Both the position numbers and the translations under genes were made by a program. From the IMG/VR virus record IMGVR_UViG_3300003309_000010, positions 1 through 20,390 of that record: DNA of 20,390 nt; one strand, written 5' to 3'. Position 1 is the first letter of the stretch, and every line of letters starts with the position of its first letter. Positions 8,807 to 15,340 of the stretch are shown here, one piece after another. Source of the stretch: a virus. Below the pieces are notes generated by a model that saw only the letters and a program-made list of their open reading frames with translations, did no database searches and had not been told where the DNA came from.

Positions 8807-9883
8807 ATGTCTGAAAAATACACAATACAGTATCGCACTGGTGCGAAAGAGTTAACAATTGCGACTCTCTCCGTCGTTGACGATGAAATCGTTGAAATTG
8901 TTGTCCGAAGCGAACATTTTGAATCGTACTGGTGTGCGAATAACCTGTTTCCGCCCCAGTATATGAAGTTTGTTTATTCTCATGCCAGAGAAGGTGCGGA
9001 GTTGTTAAACCACACGTCGGTGTCTGAGTTTGAACACTCCGATGCGCCGTGCACGTTAATATCGGCGTTGTCGGATGCCGGACTGTATATTGATTTCAGT
9101 GGGGAAGGAGCCATCGTCGAGTTCGGCGGATTCATTGATGATGACGATGTGCTATGGAACAAACATGCGGGACGTTATGAAGGAAAGAACATTTCGTCAA
9201 TGGCTTTAGAAGTGTTGTTAGTCCATGCGCCAATAACTTGGGATGAAGAAAAAGACGAAGACCCTAGAGGTCCGTTTGATTTCCTCTCCCCGATAGCGCC
9301 AACAACACGCAGCTCAAGCCTTACCGATTTGGCGTTTGAACTTCATAATAAGGAGTATCGTTTTACGCGATACGACTACACCACGATTGATGGCGCCAAG
9401 GTGATTATGTTCACTTACGAAGAGAAGGAAGTCTATCTCGTGTACATCAATCCTGAAAAGGAAATTTGGATAATCGATACGGCGTGCGGACACGACACTG
9501 ACGAGGTAGAAACTTTCAAGCTGTTACATTTAACACTGGACGAAAACAACCCTACCCGGTACATCAATTATCGCACTTCTATCTCTGGTTCGATGTCCAG
9601 AAAGAAACTCGATAAAGATAAAACGTTAGGGTCATCGATGGTGCAGTGGGACCATCGGCTGCCCGTCCTTGCGCCGAAGTCAGGCGGGACGGTCGAACGC
9701 CGTCAGATAACATCCGCTGCGTTTGATCGCCAACGCGTGGATAATCGCTGTCTAATGTTGACCTACAACGATAAGGATATCCGTAACGCAACAGACAACG
9801 ATATCTGGTGCGGTCTTGGTGAACCCCGTATGCTGGAAAAATCCACACCATTAATTAACTCGTGGGTAGCACCACCTTGGTAG
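8807..9883 (+). CDS. Hypothetical protein, family A domain plus a possible degenerate second copy (358 aa)
   Basis: GGAG SD. Motifs LSVVDDEIVEIVV...SYWCAN (W42) and TLISALSDAGLYI. The second half has VIMFTYEEKEVYLVYI...EIWII. Confidence 0.85.
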   Translation: MSEKYTIQYRTGAKELTIATLSVVDDEIVEIVVRSEHFESYWCANNLFPPQYMKFVYSHAREGAELLNHTSVSEFEHSDAPCTLISALSDAGLYIDFSGEGAIVEFGGFIDDDDVLWNKHAGRYEGKNISSMALEVLLVHAPITWDEEKDEDPRGPFDFLSPIAPTTRSSSLTDLAFELHNKEYRFTRYDYTTIDGAKVIMFTYEEKEVYLVYINPEKEIWIIDTACGHDTDEVETFKLLHLTLDENNPTRYINYRTSISGSMSRKKLDKDKTLGSSMVQWDHRLPVLAPKSGGTVERRQITSAAFDRQRVDNRCLMLTYNDKDIRNATDNDIWCGLGEPRMLEKSTPLINSWVAPPW

Positions 9884-9906
9884 TGAAAAAATAACAGAAA
9901 ACGTAC

Positions 9907-9928
9907 AACGGTCGCTGTGGCGACCGTT
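9907..9928 (+). promoter_or_regulatory. Intergenic stem-loop directly upstream of an SD
   Basis: AACGGTCGC-tgtg-GCGACCGTT forms a 9-bp stem, followed immediately by AGGAG (9929-9933). There is no U-tract. Confidence 0.6.
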
Positions 9929-9940
9929 AGGAGCACAAAA

Positions 9941-10606
9941 ATGAAACAAGATAATGAAGTTAATCGACAGTATTTATACCAATCGGCGAATGGTGCGCTG
10001 GTAGCGATTACTATCACCAGTGGCGAGATTACGTTCATAAATGCGTGGACGAAATCAGCCTTCATGGTATGGATGGGGAATCGCGCTGAAACAGCGGCGC
10101 CTATTACACCCACCAAACCTGGTTATTACAAAGTCGTCTACGATGGCCCCCAAAAAGGTGCCAAGGTGATCGACAAAACCAGTATCGTCTACACTGATGG
10201 AATTGCTTTGCCTGAAATACGCCAAGCGCTCGGGGAGTGCGGTATTGCCATCAATCAAACGGAAGGTTCGAAGAATATCTTTATTGATTTCTTCGGTACA
10301 TTGGACGGTGACGGACAGCAAAGGGATTTTGCGTGGTTACCGTTCGGCGAGGTATCTATTACCGAAGCCGTTATAGGTATACTCGATTCTCGCACAGCAG
10401 TTATCACTAACCCGATATCGGTGGAGTGCGTGGAGAGGATAGAAGCCGAAGCCACTGCAAGAATGAAAGACGAATTAGGTTATCCGAAACGAACTTTTAC
10501 TTTCGAACAGGAAGTGACTAACTATCGTCAGACGTTCAAATTGTTGAAGGAAGGACAAGACGGCGGGACATATGTTCTGGGAACCACACAAAAAGATAAA
10601 TCGTAA
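9941..10606 (+). CDS. Hypothetical protein, family A (221 aa)
   Basis: Start re-placed at ATG 9941 (AGGAG SD). Motifs ITITSGEITFINA...MVWMGN (W44) and EIRQALGECGIAI. Confidence 0.85.
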   Translation: MKQDNEVNRQYLYQSANGALVAITITSGEITFINAWTKSAFMVWMGNRAETAAPITPTKPGYYKVVYDGPQKGAKVIDKTSIVYTDGIALPEIRQALGECGIAINQTEGSKNIFIDFFGTLDGDGQQRDFAWLPFGEVSITEAVIGILDSRTAVITNPISVECVERIEAEATARMKDELGYPKRTFTFEQEVTNYRQTFKLLKEGQDGGTYVLGTTQKDKS

Positions 10607-10633
10607 ATTAACACTATTGAGAGGTGAATTATC

Positions 10634-11203
10634 ATGCAACGTGCAGCATTAGTCGGTTACGTACACAAAACAGCCCATTTCGATTACAACGTACTTATGG
10701 GCCTCATTGACAATAAGGTCGTCTTTGCCAGAAACCAGTGGTTTAATCGAAAGACTTTTTGGGTTGACGATCGAACACTCGTCACCCCCCTCGCTCCAGA
10801 ATACCTATCGAGCGCTTATGAGGTGGTATACAAAATGTCTGGGGAAGGTATACAGGCTGAACCCACAACTGTCCCTCAGTCTACCATTGTGCGTCGCGAA
10901 CATAAGAACGCATTAGTATCTTTGCAGCGCCAGATGTCCCAGACGGGCGTCAATCTCAACAGAGACCTGAAAGATGGCACGATAGGTTGTATCTGGGCAG
11001 AAGTTGCAGGGACGAATAACATCGTCCCCATAACGGAAGGGAAATCGGTAATCGATATATTCGAACACTCCCCCGGCGTATCGGTTGAAGAACTTTCTTT
11101 CGAGCTGTTGAAAAAGAGAGTTGCTTACGAAGAGTACATCTTCCATCAAGAATCTTCTGGCGTTGTCGCTCCGGATCAGAAAGAAAAACCAACCAAGTTG
11201 TAG
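10634..11203 (+). CDS. Hypothetical protein, family A (189 aa)
   Basis: GAGGTG SD. Motifs MGLIDNKVVFAR...TFWVD (W43) and SLQRQMSQTGVNL. Confidence 0.85.
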   Translation: MQRAALVGYVHKTAHFDYNVLMGLIDNKVVFARNQWFNRKTFWVDDRTLVTPLAPEYLSSAYEVVYKMSGEGIQAEPTTVPQSTIVRREHKNALVSLQRQMSQTGVNLNRDLKDGTIGCIWAEVAGTNNIVPITEGKSVIDIFEHSPGVSVEELSFELLKKRVAYEEYIFHQESSGVVAPDQKEKPTKL

Positions 11204-11211
11204 GAGGTCGC

Positions 11212-11685
11212 TTGATAAACAAAGTAATCTCAGGCGGACAGACGGGTGCCGACTTGGGAGGATTACTTGCTGCTGAACGCGTAGGGATTGCAACCGGCGG
11301 GTTGGCACCTAAAGGGTATTATACCGAAAAGGGTAACCAACCCATTCTAGGAACACGGTTCGGATTAACTGAAGATGTATCGCCAGGATACACGCACCGG
11401 ACTGGAGTTAACGTACGCAACAGCGATGTAACATTAATTTTAGCGACCGAACCTAAATCGTACGGGACTGTTCAGACTATTCGGTACTGTGACGAGTACG
11501 GTAGGCGTTACAAATTGATCAACCCGTTTATCGAGGATGCCAGTGTAGGCGTCACTTTTCTGCGACAACATCGTCCCAATGTTGTCAACATAGCAGGTAA
11601 CCGGGAAACTGTCTCGCCAGGCTTAACCAAAATCACCAGAGACTGGCTAATCAATTGCTTCACCACCATCATCGATGGTCGGTAG
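11212..11685 (+). CDS. cpYpsA / 'putative molybdenum cofactor carrier' protein, SLOG superfamily (157 aa)
   Basis: TTG start with AGGAGGT SD. Hallmark motifs KVISGGQTGAD, TGGLAPKGYYTE, RTGVNVRNSDVTL, GTVQT and VNIAGNRE. Confidence 0.88.
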   Translation: MINKVISGGQTGADLGGLLAAERVGIATGGLAPKGYYTEKGNQPILGTRFGLTEDVSPGYTHRTGVNVRNSDVTLILATEPKSYGTVQTIRYCDEYGRRYKLINPFIEDASVGVTFLRQHRPNVVNIAGNRETVSPGLTKITRDWLINCFTTIIDGR

Positions 11686-11709
11686 CTTATTATAAAAGAG
11701 GAAACTGGA

Positions 11710-12501
11710 ATGCAAAAGCATAAAATTACTGTGGTTGACGAGAAGGTCACCAATCTACATTTAACTCATTGGTATCCAACTTCGAACATCACAGAGTTAG
11801 AATTTGTTGACTGTGAATTCGATCTGGAAGCAGGAACGCTCAGAACGTTCACAGCGTTAGAAAAGATGTCATTTTACGGATGCTCTGGCAACCCCATCAT
11901 CGACATTGGCGTTCAGCCATGGCTGCACACCGTAGTGTTAGGACATTGTAATTTCACTTCTATGAATCTACAGACAGAAGTTAATGAGACGCTCACCACC
12001 GTGATGATAACTAACTGTCATTGTGTCGAGAAGGTGTTTTTACCTACTAGCGTTAATCACTTGTTGGTAGATAATTGTCCCAACGTGGAAACGATGTTTC
12101 GCACGGAATATGAACGGATAACTTTCCTCATGCTGTCTCGTTGTAACATCACTGATTTTGATTTCTCTAAAACTCCCAACTTGGAGTATCTCAGCCTACA
12201 CACCATGAGTTATCACGGCGAGGTCCCTGACTTTTCCGGGTTAGAAAAGTTGGAAGTGTTGGATGTTAGAAACCTACAAACCAATTGGGAAAAGGTCGCA
12301 CCGTCAGGTATACTGGTACCGCCCAGCGTAACGAAAATTATCGAGACGCCGTGGGCAAATCATCGATACCCGACAGTCGGTGGACGCGATAACGCTGATG
12401 AGAAATGCGTTCAGCTGCTTTGCAGTGGCCCTGTGAACGACGACATCTTACCAGAAGCGGTCAGAGCGTTGGGTAAAGTAAAAGGGTACAAAGCTAAATA
12501 A
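11710..12501 (+). CDS. Leucine-rich repeat protein (263 aa), paralogue of 6623..7708
   Basis: GAGGA SD. Repeats ITELEFVDC, LEKMSFYGC, LHTVVLGHC, LTTVMITNC, VNHLLVDNC, ITFLMLSRC, LEYLSLHTM, LEVLDVRNL. Confidence 0.85.
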   Translation: MQKHKITVVDEKVTNLHLTHWYPTSNITELEFVDCEFDLEAGTLRTFTALEKMSFYGCSGNPIIDIGVQPWLHTVVLGHCNFTSMNLQTEVNETLTTVMITNCHCVEKVFLPTSVNHLLVDNCPNVETMFRTEYERITFLMLSRCNITDFDFSKTPNLEYLSLHTMSYHGEVPDFSGLEKLEVLDVRNLQTNWEKVAPSGILVPPSVTKIIETPWANHRYPTVGGRDNADEKCVQLLCSGPVNDDILPEAVRALGKVKGYKAK

Positions 12502-12527
12502 AATAATAACAATAAAGGAACAAATTC

Positions 12528-13109
12528 ATGTCCAAAATAATCGCAATTTCTTATACTACAACTACTTCAGCGAGAGCATCCATCGTGTTCGACAAACACG
12601 GGGTTATTGCCGCCGGTGTTGAGTCTAACAAGCGGGCTGGTATAAATCGATCTGTATGGTTTCACCGCAATGCGTTGCCGCCTAGAGACGTGGGTGGTAA
12701 TGTGACGCTGACCCGATCGTATAAGTTCACAACGCTAAGAGATAAACAGAAGTGGATAGCTGATAAAGTAGCGATAAGCAGGGGATTGTTGGCAAGCTCC
12801 ATCGAATTAGCTCAGTTTTTATCTGATAAAGTGGGAGTATATTACAGTGCGTTTGAAGATGTTTCTCAACTAGATGGAATCGAATTCCAATATAAAGGAG
12901 AGATACAATATCATTCGTTAGGCGGTGCGTTGCAAGCAGATGCGTTTGATGGCGTTTTAGGCATCAAAGTTGTTGAGTTATCTAAAAGTAATTTCAATCG
13001 CGCTGTAGAACTCGAGTTATTGTCTTTTGAAAACGAAGCGAGAGATGGGCTCATGGTACCCTTAACGGATAAGCGTTATTGGCGAGTAGTACGCGATAAA
13101 AAAGAGTGA
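12528..13109 (+). CDS. Hypothetical protein, family A (193 aa)
   Basis: AAGGA SD. Motifs SIVFDKHGVIAAGV...SVWFHRNALP (W44) and ELAQFLSDKVGVYY. Confidence 0.85.
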   Translation: MSKIIAISYTTTTSARASIVFDKHGVIAAGVESNKRAGINRSVWFHRNALPPRDVGGNVTLTRSYKFTTLRDKQKWIADKVAISRGLLASSIELAQFLSDKVGVYYSAFEDVSQLDGIEFQYKGEIQYHSLGGALQADAFDGVLGIKVVELSKSNFNRAVELELLSFENEARDGLMVPLTDKRYWRVVRDKKE

Positions 13110-13122
13110 TGGTTTTTGATTA

Positions 13123-13152
13123 CGTTAGCGGGTGCCTAGGCACCCGCTAACG
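13123..13152. repeat. 30-bp perfect intergenic palindrome (stem-loop without U-tract)
   Basis: CGTTAGCGGGTGCCTAGGCACCCGCTAACG; neither strand has a poly-T run downstream. Confidence 0.9.
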
Positions 13153-13206
13153 GTCGTATTACCAACACACTCGGGTTAAATAAGTTGTTCTTGTAAGGAG
13201 AATTCA

Positions 13207-13659
13207 ATGCTAATCAACCAACTTATTCCTAAAGGCGATCTTAAAGATTCTGACATCAACAATATATTGATCGATCTTAAAACAGACGGCTTTGCTAACG
13301 ACAACGCTAGAGTTCAAGCACTCCAAGAACTTATCGGGGTTTGGAGCGGGGACGAACACGATTTGTGGGATGCGCTCAGACACACTTTAATTCTCAATGA
13401 ACATTCTGAGAAAGAGTGGACTCACATATCCGTGTGGTTAAAACTCGCCGATGATAAAGGATCGTCAAGGTTAAGATTCGTTCTGCAATACATTTTGGCT
13501 AAACGTTTAGTCGGACTATCCGATCCAAAATCTATTAAGCTTCATAAGTGGACCATTGATGATAGATACGTGATGCTTGTTTTTAAATCAACATCTAAAC
13601 CCGCCCCCAAATCTAAACAGAGAGTTAAGAAACCAACGTATCTGAAGGTGGTTAAATAA
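13207..13659 (+). CDS. Hypothetical protein (150 aa) with SspB-like C-terminal LKVVK motif
   Basis: TAAGGAG SD. Ends STSKPAPKSKQRVKKPTYLKVVK-stop. Confidence 0.85.
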   Translation: MLINQLIPKGDLKDSDINNILIDLKTDGFANDNARVQALQELIGVWSGDEHDLWDALRHTLILNEHSEKEWTHISVWLKLADDKGSSRLRFVLQYILAKRLVGLSDPKSIKLHKWTIDDRYVMLVFKSTSKPAPKSKQRVKKPTYLKVVK

Positions 13660-13673
13660 GTTAGAGGTGCTCA

Positions 13674-14222
13674 ATGACCGTCACTGACGAGTATGTGTTT
13701 TATTGGACGAAGAATGATTTTCCGTCACATTGGTATCCTGCGGGATTTCACTACAAAGGGTTTTACTTCGCTACAGTGGAGCACTTTATGATGGTGCAGA
13801 AAGCTATTTTGTTTGAGATGTCAGACAAGACTAAGCAAGAAATAGCCAAGATACTGTCTAAAGAATCTCGGTATACTGCGTGGCAAATATTGCAAACATC
13901 CGACCCTAAAGAAGCGAAACAATTAGGCCGACAGGTGAAATGGTTTAATAAGAAGGTGTGGGAAGATGCGGTTAAGCCGGTTTTGTTTTTGGGTAATCTG
14001 TTAAAGTATCGTCAGGATGGCGCGCTTCAAGCCATGCTACTCAGATACCCTAATCGGGTTTTTGTAGAGGCGTCACCTTACGATAAAATATACGGAATAG
14101 GGTTATCAGATTCCGATGATAGGATCCATGATCCCACTAACTGGAAAGGAACCAATTGGGCTGGTGAGGCCGTTACCGCAGTCAGAGATTATATTGGAGG
14201 GCAAAATGTACGTCACTCATAA
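13674..14222 (+). CDS. NADAR family protein (YbiA-like; ADP-ribose N-glycosidase)
   Basis: GAGGTG SD. Motifs FPSHWY, FATVEHFMMVQKAILF, DPKEAKQLGRQV, GNLLKY, FVEASPYDKIYGIG and WKGTNWAG. Confidence 0.92.
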   Translation: MTVTDEYVFYWTKNDFPSHWYPAGFHYKGFYFATVEHFMMVQKAILFEMSDKTKQEIAKILSKESRYTAWQILQTSDPKEAKQLGRQVKWFNKKVWEDAVKPVLFLGNLLKYRQDGALQAMLLRYPNRVFVEASPYDKIYGIGLSDSDDRIHDPTNWKGTNWAGEAVTAVRDYIGGQNVRHS

Positions 14223-14601
14223 TCTACCCATAGAGTTAGGTACAAAACCGCTTGTAGAGCGCGTTATGAATACAGCGTGGTATGTACGTAATCGTGGTTA
14301 TTTGGAATTCAATGATCATGCGAAGTTCTTGAATGACTGGGATGGCACAGACATGGATTTTTTGTATGGAATGGCTTCGATGGATCCTCATAAAGAGCTG
14401 TTACCAAAGAACGACTCAGACGTGGTGAAACTCAAACTCATGCGAGGATTCTACCATTTCTGGAAGCGTGTCGAACAACAAGATCAGATAAAGCTTGTCA
14501 AACTGATCGACTGGAAGGTTTACGAGCCATTTATCAACTTAGTTTTCTTAGCGAGACCAAGAGTCATTGTGCTAAAAGACTTAAGTGGAAACAAACATTA
14601 A
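14206..14601 (+). CDS. Hypothetical protein (131 aa)
   Basis: Start re-placed at ATG 14206 (GGAGG SD); overlaps the NADAR stop by 17 nt. Confidence 0.8.
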   Translation: MYVTHNLPIELGTKPLVERVMNTAWYVRNRGYLEFNDHAKFLNDWDGTDMDFLYGMASMDPHKELLPKNDSDVVKLKLMRGFYHFWKRVEQQDQIKLVKLIDWKVYEPFINLVFLARPRVIVLKDLSGNKH

Positions 14602-14610
14602 GGAGGTAGG

Positions 14611-14664
14611 ATGATTTCTGTAACCACTAAACAGGACGCGAGGTGTTTTTGTGTGGTATCTTGA
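14611..14664 (+). CDS. 17-codon mini-ORF (MISVTTKQDARCFCVVS), or frameshifted N-terminus of the next gene
   Basis: Near-perfect SD TAAGGAGGT directly upstream of ATG 14611; overlaps the GTG at 14651 in another frame. Confidence 0.4.
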   Translation: MISVTTKQDARCFCVVS

Positions 14665-15313
14665 ACCCGTCGGTAAAGTACCTAGCGGGGAAGTGCGTGT
14701 GAATTTGGCTATCCCTTCCCCCGCTAACGAAGCCATAGATATCATGCAGTATATGGTTTCGGTGCACTCTCGCCTACTAACCCCCAACACGCTGAGACAA
14801 TTAGCCAAATTATATTGTGATTTTATGGCAAATCGTGAATACAAATCAAAAGTACAGCTAAAAAGGGTACCCAAAGAGTTCTGTCATTTCGTCTCAGAAA
14901 GGGGATTTCCAGAATTCGCTGGTGACAGCCTGACAAAAACCTTTTTAACGTATATCGCGTTATCCATGATTAATCAACTCTATGAGTTGAATCTCAGACT
15001 CTGGCAAGATATGCTGTACGTAACCGGATATGTCTGTTGGGAGACCGCCGGAATCACCTACGAGAACGCCATTATCAATTCCATCGTAGTTGGTTATCTC
15101 TGCGATAACAAATCACCTGTCAAAAAGTTGGACTATCTTGATCCTAGAGATATGCAAGGTAACTTATACTTACCTGTCGACAGGATTATAATAGATCAGT
15201 CTATCCTTAACGCTATTGAGGTCGGTAGGTTGGCAGGTAAAGACCCCGCCAATAAGAAAAAGTCTCAAGGTAAAAAGAAACCCGACAATGGGTTAGACAA
15301 TGATATTGTCTAA
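14651..15313 (+). CDS. Hypothetical protein (220 aa)
   Basis: GTG start with GAGGT SD; basic then acidic C-terminal tail. The true start is uncertain (see mini-ORF). Confidence 0.8.
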   Translation: MWYLEPVGKVPSGEVRVNLAIPSPANEAIDIMQYMVSVHSRLLTPNTLRQLAKLYCDFMANREYKSKVQLKRVPKEFCHFVSERGFPEFAGDSLTKTFLTYIALSMINQLYELNLRLWQDMLYVTGYVCWETAGITYENAIINSIVVGYLCDNKSPVKKLDYLDPRDMQGNLYLPVDRIIIDQSILNAIEVGRLAGKDPANKKKSQGKKKPDNGLDNDIV

Positions 15314-15340
15314 CCTAAAATTAAAAAAGAGGAAGCCCCC

